Shown here in pieces: positions 40,323-48,807 of a DNA stretch of 64,000 bases. The translations under genes were made by a program, and so were the position numbers. How positions within the stretch are numbered: position 1 is the first letter of the stretch; every line of letters starts with the position of its first letter. Under the pieces are notes generated by a model. The model did not search any database. It was not told where the DNA came from and worked only from the letters and a program-made list of their open reading frames with translations. The stretch lies in the NCBI GenBank assembly GCA_963718235.1, contig CAVQYR010000001.1, forward strand, positions 1,504,001-1,568,000, read 5' to 3'. The DNA comes from an uncultured Actinomycetota bacterium. GTDB lineage: Bacteria > Actinomycetota > Actinomycetes > JAHEKZ01.

Positions 40323-40340
40323 CCGGGGCCGCGACCGAGG

Positions 40341-41372
40341 TCAGGCCTCCAGCGCCGGGCGACGGCCGAGCAGGGGAGGCAGCTGGAGCACGGCCTGGGC
40401 CAGTGCGCGGAGGTCACCGTTGACCAGCGCCTGCGCGCCGTCGACCAGGGCCGCCTCCGGCTCGGGGTGGACGTCGACGATGATCCCGTCGGCGCCGACC
40501 GCGATGGCCGCGCGGGACAGCGGGACGACCAGGTCCTTGCGCCCGCCGGAGTGGGAAGGGTCGACCACCACGGGCAGGTGCGACATCGAGTGGGCGACAG
40601 GGACCGCCGAGATGTCCAGCGTGTTGCGGGTCGCGGTCTCGAACGTGCGGATCCCTCGCTCGCACAGCACGATGTCCAGGTTGCCCCGCTGGGCGATGTA
40701 CTCCGCCGCCATGAGCCACTCCTCGATGGTCGAGCTCATGCCGCGCTTGAGCATGACCGGCTTACCGACCGACCCGACCGCCTGGAGCAGGCTGAAGTTG
40801 GCCATGTTGCGTGTCCCCACCTGCAGCATGTCCGCGTAGGAGGCCACGAGGTCGACGTCGTCGGCGTCGACCACCTCGGTCACCACGGGCAGGCCGGTCT
40901 CGGAGCGGACGTCGGCGAGGATCCGCAGCCCGTCCTCACCGAGCCCCTGGAACGCGTACGGGGACGTGCGTGGCTTGTAGGCGCCGCCCCGCAGCAGTGA
41001 GGCCCCGGCAGCCTGGGCCATGAGGGCCGCCTCGAGGGTCTGCCCCGGGTTCTCCACGGCACACGGCCCGGCGATCAGGGTGAACGTGTCCGGTCCGATC
41101 GGTACCCGCCGCTGACCGACGTAGACCGTGGTCATGTCCGGGTGGTGCTGCCGGCTCACCAGCTTGTAGGGCGCGGAGATCCGCACGACGTCACTCACGC
41201 CCAGCATGCCGCGCAGGTCGAGAGCGCCGAACCGGTCGACGTCGCCGACGAGACCCACGATGGTGCGTGAGACGCCGCGGCTCACGAATGCCTCACCCCC
41301 GGCGCCCTCGACCCGGGCCACGACGGCATCGACCTGCTCGTCGGTTGCGCTCGGACTCATCACCACGACCAT
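40341..41372 (-). CDS. aroF: Type I-beta DAHP synthase with N-terminal ferredoxin-like regulatory domain
   Basis: IAGPCAVE, GGAYKPRTSPY, GTRNMAN, LKRG, CERGIR, DPSH; AAGGAG SD. Confidence 0.95.
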   Translation of the reverse strand: MVVVMSPSATDEQVDAVVARVEGAGGEAFVSRGVSRTIVGLVGDVDRFGALDLRGMLGVSDVVRISAPYKLVSRQHHPDMTTVYVGQRRVPIGPDTFTLIAGPCAVENPGQTLEAALMAQAAGASLLRGGAYKPRTSPYAFQGLGEDGLRILADVRSETGLPVVTEVVDADDVDLVASYADMLQVGTRNMANFSLLQAVGSVGKPVMLKRGMSSTIEEWLMAAEYIAQRGNLDIVLCERGIRTFETATRNTLDISAVPVAHSMSHLPVVVDPSHSGGRKDLVVPLSRAAIAVGADGIIVDVHPEPEAALVDGAQALVNGDLRALAQAVLQLPPLLGRRPALEA

Positions 41373-41414
41373 GACTCACTCCTTCTTCGGTAGCGGCGCC
41401 ACCCGGGCTGGGCC

Positions 41415-41449
41415 AACGAAAGAGCCCCGGGCGTTCGCCTCGGGGCCTT
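41415..41449 (-). terminator. Attenuator terminator hairpin in the aroF leader
   Basis: Minus strand GCCCCG-A-GGC-GAAC-GCC-CGGGGC followed by TCTTTCGTT. Confidence 0.8.
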
Positions 41450-41469
41450 GTCGGTGCAGGAGGTGCGCG

Positions 41470-41547
41470 CTACGCCGCATTCACCTGGCTGCCCGTCCGG
41501 AGACCCCGGCTGGGAAAGCCATAGAACGCAAACCACTGACGCTGCAT
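41470..41547 (-). CDS. Aromatic-amino-acid leader peptide MQRQWFAFYGFPSRGLRTGSQVNAA (attenuator of aroF)
   Basis: TATGCT-N6-ATG leaderless start; TGG TTT GCG TTC TAT GGC TTT cluster; stop about 20 nt before the terminator. Confidence 0.85.
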   Translation of the reverse strand: MQRQWFAFYGFPSRGLRTGSQVNAA

Positions 41548-41567
41548 AGCGCGAGCATAGACCACGC

Positions 41568-42425
41568 TCACCGTCCACGCAGGCGCTGCAGGGTGGCCAC
41601 GTCCTGACGGTGGTCGGCCTGGTCGCCGGGGGTCTCGATGACGACCGAGGCGTGCCTCACGGTCCGGTGCCGCAGCAGCGCCCGGAACGGCGCCTCACCG
41701 AGGTGGCCGAGCCCGACGCGTTGGTGCCGGTCGGCGCCTGCCCCGCAGGCGTCCATGGAGTCGTTCGCGTGGACCAGGAGCAGCGGTACACCGCCGGAGA
41801 CCAGGGCCAGCCGGTCGAGGTAGCGGGTCATGCCGCCGCGGGCGGCGAGGTCGTGCCCGGCGGCGTGGGCGTGGCAGGTGTCCAGACACAGTGCCAACCC
41901 CGGGTGCGGCCCGACGAACTGCAGGTACCGTTCGATCTCCTCGAGCGTCGAGCACAGAGACCGACCCTGTCCGGCCATCGGTTCGAGCAGGAGGCTCAGG
42001 CCCAGTCGGTCACCGAGGTCGAGCCGGGGCAGGAGGGCCTCACGGGTGCTGCGCATCGCCTCGTCGTACCGGTCCGCGAGCACCGCCGAGCCGGTGTGGA
42101 CGACGACCCCCCGGGCCCCGATCGCCTCGGCCCGACGCAGCGTGTGGTCCAGTGACTTCACCGACCGGGCGACGACGGCGGGGTCGGGGCTGCCCAGGTT
42201 CACCAGGTACGACGCGTGGACGAAGGCCGGCAGGCCGTCGTCGGTGGCCCGGCGGAAGACGGCGTCCTGCTCGTCGTCGCCTGGGGTGGGAGCCCATCCG
42301 CGGGGGTTCGTCACGAACACCTGCACCGCCTCGGCGCCGATGGCGCGCGCATACGCCAGACCCCGCCGGGCCAGCCCGCCGGACACCGGGACGTGCGCGC
42401 CGACCGGAGGGTGCCCTGGCGGCAC
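41568..42425 (-). CDS. nfo: Endonuclease IV (AP endonuclease)
   Basis: GAHV, NPRGW, HASYLVNL, DTCH, HANDS, DRH, IETP. Confidence 0.92.
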   Translation of the reverse strand: MPPGHPPVGAHVPVSGGLARRGLAYARAIGAEAVQVFVTNPRGWAPTPGDDEQDAVFRRATDDGLPAFVHASYLVNLGSPDPAVVARSVKSLDHTLRRAEAIGARGVVVHTGSAVLADRYDEAMRSTREALLPRLDLGDRLGLSLLLEPMAGQGRSLCSTLEEIERYLQFVGPHPGLALCLDTCHAHAAGHDLAARGGMTRYLDRLALVSGGVPLLLVHANDSMDACGAGADRHQRVGLGHLGEAPFRALLRHRTVRHASVVIETPGDQADHRQDVATLQRLRGR

Positions 42426-44300
42426 CTAGATGATGCCGATCCGCACGACGCTGCCCTTGGGTGCCTGCGTCCCGCCCTTGGGGTCCTGGGACGCGACCCG
42501 GTTGAGGGGGCTGATCCCGAACGGCTCGTAGATGTCCGGGACGAAGCCGGCCGCCTTCAGCTTGGCGATCGCGGTGTCGACCGGGTCGTCGATGACGTCG
42601 GGAACCGTGACCAGGGGCGGTCCGAGCGAGACCACGACGTTGACCGTCGTGCCCTGGGCCACCGAGACCCCGGCCCGCGGGTCCTGACTGATGATCGAGC
42701 CCTTGGCAACCCTGGAGCTGTACGCCTCGTCGCTCTGGCTGATCGTCAGTCCCGCGCTCTCCAGGGTGCGCTGCGCCTCGTCGTAGGGGGTGTTGGTCAC
42801 GTTCGGCACATTGACGGGGGGCAGGCCCTTGCTCACCACCAGGTCGACCGCCGTGTCGGGGCGGACCGACTGCCCCGCCCTCGGCTCGGAGCTGATCACG
42901 CGCCCTTCGGGAACGCTCGAGGAGAACTTGCGGGTCACTGCACCCACCGTGAGGTTGTTCTTCGACAGTGCCGCCCGGGCCTCGTCCACGGTGAGGTTCT
43001 CCAGCCGGGGGACGTCGTAGCGCTCCGGCCCCTTCGACAGGATCAGCACGACCGTGCCGTCGCGGCTCACCCGGTCGCCGGGGGCCGGGTCGGACTCCAC
43101 CACCTGACCCTCGGGGACGATCTCGCTGAACTGCGGGTCGCCGTAGTCGAAGGCGAGTCCGGCCTCCTGCAGCGTGGTCTCGGCTTGCTTGCTGCTGACG
43201 CCGACCACGCCCGGAACGGTCGTGTACCGACCGCTGCCGAGCCACCAGGCCAGCCCTCCCACCCCGACGGCCAGCAGCACGACCAGCAACAGGGCCAGCG
43301 GACCGCGCCATCGCTTGCGGCGTGCCGGCGCCGAGGGCTCTTGGACGGCCGGCGGGACCGCCACCACTGACGTGTCGTGCTGGGTGGGTCGGTCGACGAC
43401 GGCCGTCTGCTGGAGGTCCTCGTCGAGCACGGCCGGTGCGGGCTCGACGACGAGTAGGCGACGGACGGCCTTGACCTGGCTGAGAAACACCCCCGCGTCG
43501 GCGGGACGCCGCTCCGGATCGCGCGAGGTGGCCTGCAGCACCAGCTCGTCGAGGCTCGCCGGGAGGGACGGGACGCTGCGGGAAGGGGCCGGGACGGACT
43601 GGTTCACGTGCTTCGACGCGACATCCCACGCCGTGTCACCGGAGTACGGCGGCTGGCCGACGAGCATCTCGTAGAGCAGGATCCCGGCCGCGTAGATGTC
43701 GGTGCGCGGGTCGACGTGCCCGTGCTGCACCTGCTCGGGTGCGAGGTAGGCAACGGTGCCGAGCAGGAGCCCCTGGGTGGCGGGGGTCGCCGTCCCGCCG
43801 GTGGCTGCCCGCGCCAGTCCGAAGTCGGCGACCTTGACGACACCGTCGTCGCGGATCAGCACGTTCTCCGGCTTCACGTCACGGTGCACGATGCCCGAAC
43901 GGTGTGCCGCGGCCAGGGCCTGCAGCACCGGCTCGAGCACGTCGAGCGCCTCAGCGGGTGAGAGCCGGTGCCGCTGCTCAAGCACGTCGCGCAGGGTCTG
44001 GCCGGAGACGTACTCCATGACCAGGAACACCACGCCGTCGTCGTCGCCCTGGTCGAAGACCGACACGACATGGTTGTCGTTGAGCCCGGCCGCGGACTGC
44101 GCCTCGCGGGTGAATCGAGCCACGAAGTCGGCGTCACTGGAGAATGCCGGGCTCATCACCTTCAGTGCGACTGTGCGGTTGAGGCGGGTGTCCAGCCCCT
44201 CGTAGACGGCTGCCATGCCCCCCCGGGCAAGCAGCTCCGAGACGAGGTAGCGACCGTCGAGTGTCCGGCCCACCAATGGGTCGATCCCCGTCCTGTCCAC
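42426..44300 (-). CDS. pknL: PASTA-domain Ser/Thr protein kinase (PknL-like)
   Basis: ARGGMA, VALK, HRDVKPEN, DFGLAR, YLAPE, TM helix, four PASTA repeats; divergent from Rv2175c-like gene. Confidence 0.92.
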   Translation of the reverse strand: MDRTGIDPLVGRTLDGRYLVSELLARGGMAAVYEGLDTRLNRTVALKVMSPAFSSDADFVARFTREAQSAAGLNDNHVVSVFDQGDDDGVVFLVMEYVSGQTLRDVLEQRHRLSPAEALDVLEPVLQALAAAHRSGIVHRDVKPENVLIRDDGVVKVADFGLARAATGGTATPATQGLLLGTVAYLAPEQVQHGHVDPRTDIYAAGILLYEMLVGQPPYSGDTAWDVASKHVNQSVPAPSRSVPSLPASLDELVLQATSRDPERRPADAGVFLSQVKAVRRLLVVEPAPAVLDEDLQQTAVVDRPTQHDTSVVAVPPAVQEPSAPARRKRWRGPLALLLVVLLAVGVGGLAWWLGSGRYTTVPGVVGVSSKQAETTLQEAGLAFDYGDPQFSEIVPEGQVVESDPAPGDRVSRDGTVVLILSKGPERYDVPRLENLTVDEARAALSKNNLTVGAVTRKFSSSVPEGRVISSEPRAGQSVRPDTAVDLVVSKGLPPVNVPNVTNTPYDEAQRTLESAGLTISQSDEAYSSRVAKGSIISQDPRAGVSVAQGTTVNVVVSLGPPLVTVPDVIDDPVDTAIAKLKAAGFVPDIYEPFGISPLNRVASQDPKGGTQAPKGSVVRIGII

Positions 44301-44419
44301 AACGGGCCAGTCTAGGTTGGCGCGCGCGACGATCCGGGCTGCGCCATCCCGGGTGTCGCATGCAGCCGTGGCCCTGCCGTAGCGGTGGTGGGGCGAGCGG
44401 TCATGGCAGGCTGACCACC

Positions 44420-44806
44420 GTGACGTCGACCTCCGCCATGGACGAGCCGGCCGCCGCTGACGTCGATCAGCTGGTCGGGGACTGGCTGACCCTGCCCGAC
44501 CTGGCCGAAGCGCTGGGGCTGGACATCCTCAAGGTGCGCCAGCTCGTGCGCGACCGCCGCGTGGCGGTGGTCCGACGGGGGGAGCGGCGGATCGTGAGTG
44601 TCCCGGCTGCGTTCGTGCTCGACGGTCAGCTCGTCAAGGGTCTGACCGGTCTGCTGACGGTACTGGCCGACGGTGGGTTCCAGGCCAACGAGGCGCTGCG
44701 CTGGATGTTCACCCCGGAGGCCACGCTGCCCGGCACCCCGATCCAGGCGCTGCGGGAGAACCGCGGCACCGAGGTGCGTCGACGCGCCCAGGCCCTGGCG
44801 ATGTGA
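44420..44806 (+). CDS. Rv2175c family DNA-binding protein
   Basis: WLTLPDLAEALG, VKGLTGLLTVLADGG, LPGTPIQALRE, EVRRRAQALA. Confidence 0.9.
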   Translation: MTSTSAMDEPAAADVDQLVGDWLTLPDLAEALGLDILKVRQLVRDRRVAVVRRGERRIVSVPAAFVLDGQLVKGLTGLLTVLADGGFQANEALRWMFTPEATLPGTPIQALRENRGTEVRRRAQALAM

Positions 44807-45162
44807 CCGTGGGTCACTGGTCCTACCTGGCGGTGCTGGCCTTCGTCGTGGTCGGCAGCGGCTGGCTGGAGCTGGTGCTGCGGACCAGGGTCTACCGCAG
44901 GTGGCGCCGGCTCGCACTCGCGGTCGCGCCCGTGATGGCGGTGTTCGTCGGGTGGGACCTGTATGCCATCGCCCGGGGGCACTGGACCTTCGACGCCGAG
45001 CGGACGAGCGGGATCGAGCTGCCCGGCGGCGTGCCGCTGGAGGAGCTGCTGTTCTTCGTCGTCGTGCCACTCGCGGCGATCCTGACCTTGGAGGCCGTGC
45101 GCTCGGCGAAGGGCTGGACCGTCGGCGACGAGGCACCACCGGCCGACCGTTCGACGACATGA
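44803..45162 (+). CDS. Lycopene cyclase domain protein (heterodimeric CrtYc-type)
   Basis: GWDLYAI, PLEELLFF motif; GTGA overlap with the upstream gene. Confidence 0.88.
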   Translation: MTVGHWSYLAVLAFVVVGSGWLELVLRTRVYRRWRRLALAVAPVMAVFVGWDLYAIARGHWTFDAERTSGIELPGGVPLEELLFFVVVPLAAILTLEAVRSAKGWTVGDEAPPADRSTT

Positions 45163-45587
45163 CCTACACCCAGCTCGCGCTGCTCGCCGTTGCAGCAACG
45201 GTCGTGCTCGACCTCGTGGTCCTTCGCACCGCACTGCTGAGGCGCCGGGTGTTCTGGGTCTCCTACGCGATCATCGTCTTCTTCCAGCTGGTGACCAACG
45301 GCGTGCTGACCGGCTTCTCCATCGTCCGCTACGACGGCGACACGATCGTCGGCGGAGCCGAACCGGTGTTCCTCGGGTCGGGGCGGATCGCTTTCGCTCC
45401 CGTGGAGGACCTGCTCTTCGGGTTCGCGCTGGTGGTCTCGGCCATGGCCGGGTGGGTCTGGTGGGGCCGCCGCGGGGTGCAGCGGGTTCCGGTGGCCGGC
45501 CCACCCCGCTGGCGTGACCGGTCGGACGACAAGGGGGGTGCCTCAGGTGCCCCGGCGCGCCCACACGGCGCGCCCCCACGCGGGTAG
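45159..45587 (+). CDS. Lycopene cyclase domain protein (CrtYd-type)
   Basis: FFQLVTNGVLT, PVEDLLFGF; ATGA overlap. Confidence 0.88.
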   Translation: MTYTQLALLAVAATVVLDLVVLRTALLRRRVFWVSYAIIVFFQLVTNGVLTGFSIVRYDGDTIVGGAEPVFLGSGRIAFAPVEDLLFGFALVVSAMAGWVWWGRRGVQRVPVAGPPRWRDRSDDKGGASGAPARPHGAPPRG

Positions 45588-46457
45588 GGCCACACCGACC
45601 CGGCGGGGGACCGACACCGTGGCCCGCCGGTCGAACACCTGGTAGTCGATCCGTTCCACCTCGTCGACGATGCCGCAGTACAGGACCCGTGCCGCCTCGA
45701 TGCACGGCCGGCTGGTCGGGTCGAGCAGCGCGATGCCGGGTCGTGCCTCCTGCTCGAGCCGGCGAACCCTGGCGATCTGGAAGCGCAGCAGCTGACGTAC
45801 CCGGTCGTCCACGACCCGGCGCTCCAGGTCCTGGCGCGTGAGGTCGAACCGGCGCAGGTCCTCCAGTGGCAGGTACACCCGGCCGCGGTCGAGGTCCTCG
45901 CCGACGTCGCGCACGAAGTTGGCCAGCTGGAACGCCGTACCCAGCTTCATCGCGTACGCGTACGCCGCGTCGTCGAGCGGCTCGAGCACCGAGACCATCT
46001 GCAGCCCGATCACCGCGGCCGACCCGTAGACGTACTCGTACAGGTCGGAGTAGGTGTCGTACTCGGTGACCGTCAGGTCCATGGCCATCGAGCGGAGAAA
46101 GGCCTCGAAGTGATCCCGAGGAATGCTCCAGCGCCGCACCGTGTCGACCACCGCAGCGCCGATCCGGTCGTCGCTGGACCCACGGTCCAGGTCGTGCAGG
46201 AACTGCTCGCCCCACGTGGTCAGCTGCTGGGCCTTCTCCTCCGGGCTGAACGTGCTCGCCAGGTCGTCGACGATCTCGTCCGCGTACCTGGCGAACCCGT
46301 ACAACGCATGGACGTAGGGGCGCTTGGCCGCAGGCAGGAGCAGCGTGGCCAGGTAGTACGTCTTGCCGTGCTGGGAGTTCAGCCGCCGACAGGCCTCGTA
46401 GGAGTCGCGCAGCAACGCGTCGTGGATGCCAGCGGCGTCCAGCTCACGTCGGCTCAT
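45543..46457 (-). CDS. crtB: Phytoene synthase
   Basis: KTYYLAT, YADEIVDD, YVYGSAAVIG, FQLANFVRDVGEDLDRGRVYLP. Confidence 0.95.
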   Translation of the reverse strand: MSRRELDAAGIHDALLRDSYEACRRLNSQHGKTYYLATLLLPAAKRPYVHALYGFARYADEIVDDLASTFSPEEKAQQLTTWGEQFLHDLDRGSSDDRIGAAVVDTVRRWSIPRDHFEAFLRSMAMDLTVTEYDTYSDLYEYVYGSAAVIGLQMVSVLEPLDDAAYAYAMKLGTAFQLANFVRDVGEDLDRGRVYLPLEDLRRFDLTRQDLERRVVDDRVRQLLRFQIARVRRLEQEARPGIALLDPTSRPCIEAARVLYCGIVDEVERIDYQVFDRRATVSVPRRVGVALPAWGRAVWARRGT

Positions 46458-46471
46458 GAGACCATCCTGCC

Positions 46472-46864
46472 GTGCGACGTCACGGGCTGGCGGTCTGGAT
46501 GCTGGCGCTGCTGCTCAGCGGTTGGCTCACCGCCGGCTGTGCGACCGGCGCCGGCCAGTCGTCCGACGAGGCGGGAGTGTCGGGACTGCCTGTCGTCGCC
46601 GTCGAGGATCTGCCGGTCGAGGCGCAGGAGACTCTTGAGCTGATCGACGAGGACGGTCCGTTCCCGTTTGACCAGGACGGCGCGCAGTTCCAGAACCGCG
46701 AGGCGCTTCTGCCGTCGCGCCCCAGTGGCTACTACCGCGAGTTCACCGTGGTGACGCCGGGTTCGTCGGACCGCGGAGCCCGTCGTATCGTGTCTGGTGA
46801 CGACGGCGATCGCTACTACACCGACGACCACTACGCATCGTTTCGTGAGGTGATCACGCCATGA
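46472..46864 (+). CDS. Guanyl-specific ribonuclease (RNase Sa/barnase family), lipoprotein
   Basis: LTAGC lipobox; FQNRE..LP, YYREFTV, RGARRIV, YYTDDHY. Confidence 0.92.
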   Translation: MRRHGLAVWMLALLLSGWLTAGCATGAGQSSDEAGVSGLPVVAVEDLPVEAQETLELIDEDGPFPFDQDGAQFQNREALLPSRPSGYYREFTVVTPGSSDRGARRIVSGDDGDRYYTDDHYASFREVITP

Positions 46865-47289
46865 CCGTGAGTCTGGTGCTCGCCGGAGAGCGACGAGGGG
46901 TCTTTCGCCTCGACGGCCCCACGAACGGGCTGATCGACGCTGCGCGCGACCGCGGATGGCACGTGGTGACCCTCGACACGGATGGGACGGTCGACAAGGA
47001 AGGCTTCATGACGGCCGTCGACGACGCGTTCGACCTCCCGGAGTGGTTCGGGCGCAACTGGGACGCCCTCGATGAGTGCCTTCGGGCCTTGGACCTCGAC
47101 GAACCAGACGGCGTGCTCGTGCTCTGGGAGAACTGGGACGGGTTCGCCGTCGCCGACCCGGACGCCTTCGAGACCGCCATCGAGGTGTTCCGCGACGCCA
47201 CCGTGGCCTGGCACGACGACGGGACTCCGGGCGCAGTGGTGCTGCGAGGCGACGGTCCGGAGACCGACCTGCCGTCCCTGACCCGCTGA
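46861..47289 (+). CDS. Barstar family ribonuclease inhibitor
   Basis: FDLPEWFGRNWDALDECL; ATGA overlap with the RNase; acidic. Confidence 0.9.
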   Translation: MTVSLVLAGERRGVFRLDGPTNGLIDAARDRGWHVVTLDTDGTVDKEGFMTAVDDAFDLPEWFGRNWDALDECLRALDLDEPDGVLVLWENWDGFAVADPDAFETAIEVFRDATVAWHDDGTPGAVVLRGDGPETDLPSLTR

Positions 47290-47295
47290 CCGCGG

Positions 47296-48798
47296 CTACC
47301 GCCGTAGCGCACGGGACCGGTAGGTCGGGTCAGGCCCCGTGATCCGCTCGGCCGCCAGCCGCCCGGAGATGAGGACCATCGGCACACCGACGCCGGGCGT
47401 CGTGCCCGAGCCGGCGAACACGACGTTCTGGCCCCAGATGTTCCTCGGGCGGAACGGACCGGTCTGGGCGAAGGTGTGCGCGGAGGCGAACGGTGAGCCT
47501 GCTGCCATTCCCCGGGCGCCCCAGTCGGGTGGGGTGATGGCGTGCTCGACCTCGATCGCATCGGTGAACCCGACGTAACCGCGCGCCTCGAGCGTGGCCA
47601 GCATGTGGTCGCGGTAGCGCGGGAGCTCTCGCTGCCAGTCGATCGTGGACTCGAGGTTGGGCGTGGGGAAGAACACGTAGTACACGTGCTGGCCCGCGGG
47701 GGCCAACGACGAATCGGAGTAGGTCGGGTTCGTCACGAGGAACGACGGATCGGACATCAGCTGCTTGTCGTGGATGAGCTCCTCGAACACCTGGCGCCAG
47801 GCATGTCCGAAGTGGATGTTGTGGTGGGCCAGTTTCGAGTAGCTCGCCGACGACCCCACCAGCTGCAGGTAGCACGAGGGGGAGTACGCGAGACGTCGCA
47901 CGTTCCACGGTTCACGACCCAGCAGGTCCCGGTAGGCGATCGGCAGGTCGGGGTTGAGGACGACGACGTCGGCCGCGATCCGCTCTCCGGCGTCGGTGTG
48001 CACGGCGACGGCGCGGTCGCCCACCAGCTCCACCCGAGTGACCTCGGTGTCGTAGCGGAACTGCACCCCGTGCTTGGTCGCGGCCGCCGCCATGGCAGCA
48101 GGCACTGCGTGCATGCCGCCCTTGGGCGCGTAGACCCCGGCGACGGAGTCCATGTAGGCGATGACGCAGTACAGCGCCAGCGCCTCGTACGGCGACATGC
48201 CGGCGTACATGGCCTGGAACGACAGCACGCGCTCCAGGCGAGGGTCGCTGAGGTAGGAGCGCACCTTGGGTGTCATCCGGCGGAACGCGCCGAGCGCGGC
48301 CAGCCGGGCGAGGTTGGGTGTGAGCAGGTCGAGGGGTGAGTCGATGTTGCGGTCGATGAAGTCGGTCATCTCGTGGCGGTAGAGCGCCGACACGAAGTCG
48401 ACGTACCTGCGGTAGCCGTCGGCCTCGGCGGGGCCGCACACGGCGGCGACCTCCTCGGCCATGGCGTCGACGTCGGCCTTGACGTCGAGGCTGGAGCCGT
48501 CCGGGAACCACGCCCGGTAGAGCGGGTCGACCGCGGTGAGCTCCAGCCAGTCACCCATCTCCTCGCCGACACAGTCGAAGGCGTCGGCGATCAGGTCGGG
48601 CATCGTCAGGACTGTGGGGCCGTTGTCGAAGGTGAACCCACCGTCGCTGATCACGCCTGCGCGTCCACCGGGCACCGTCTCCCGCTCCAGGACCGTCACG
48701 CTGCGACCGGCACCGGCCAGGCGAAGCGCCGCCGACAGGCCCGCCAGGCCGGCTCCGACCACGACGATGTGGTCGGTCCTTCCGGTGACTTGGCGCAT
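47296..48798 (-). CDS. crtI: Phytoene desaturase
   Basis: VVGAGLAG, FDNGPTVL, AHTFAQTGPFRP, PGVGVPMVLISG. Confidence 0.93.
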   Translation of the reverse strand: MRQVTGRTDHIVVVGAGLAGLSAALRLAGAGRSVTVLERETVPGGRAGVISDGGFTFDNGPTVLTMPDLIADAFDCVGEEMGDWLELTAVDPLYRAWFPDGSSLDVKADVDAMAEEVAAVCGPAEADGYRRYVDFVSALYRHEMTDFIDRNIDSPLDLLTPNLARLAALGAFRRMTPKVRSYLSDPRLERVLSFQAMYAGMSPYEALALYCVIAYMDSVAGVYAPKGGMHAVPAAMAAAATKHGVQFRYDTEVTRVELVGDRAVAVHTDAGERIAADVVVLNPDLPIAYRDLLGREPWNVRRLAYSPSCYLQLVGSSASYSKLAHHNIHFGHAWRQVFEELIHDKQLMSDPSFLVTNPTYSDSSLAPAGQHVYYVFFPTPNLESTIDWQRELPRYRDHMLATLEARGYVGFTDAIEVEHAITPPDWGARGMAAGSPFASAHTFAQTGPFRPRNIWGQNVVFAGSGTTPGVGVPMVLISGRLAAERITGPDPTYRSRALRR

Positions 48799-48807
48799 GG
48801 TTGGAGG

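Noticed and set aside
41360-41578. 72-aa minus-strand ORF from the track upstream of aroF
   Set aside because: Spans the terminator and has no start signals; the 25-aa ORF in another frame explains the region better
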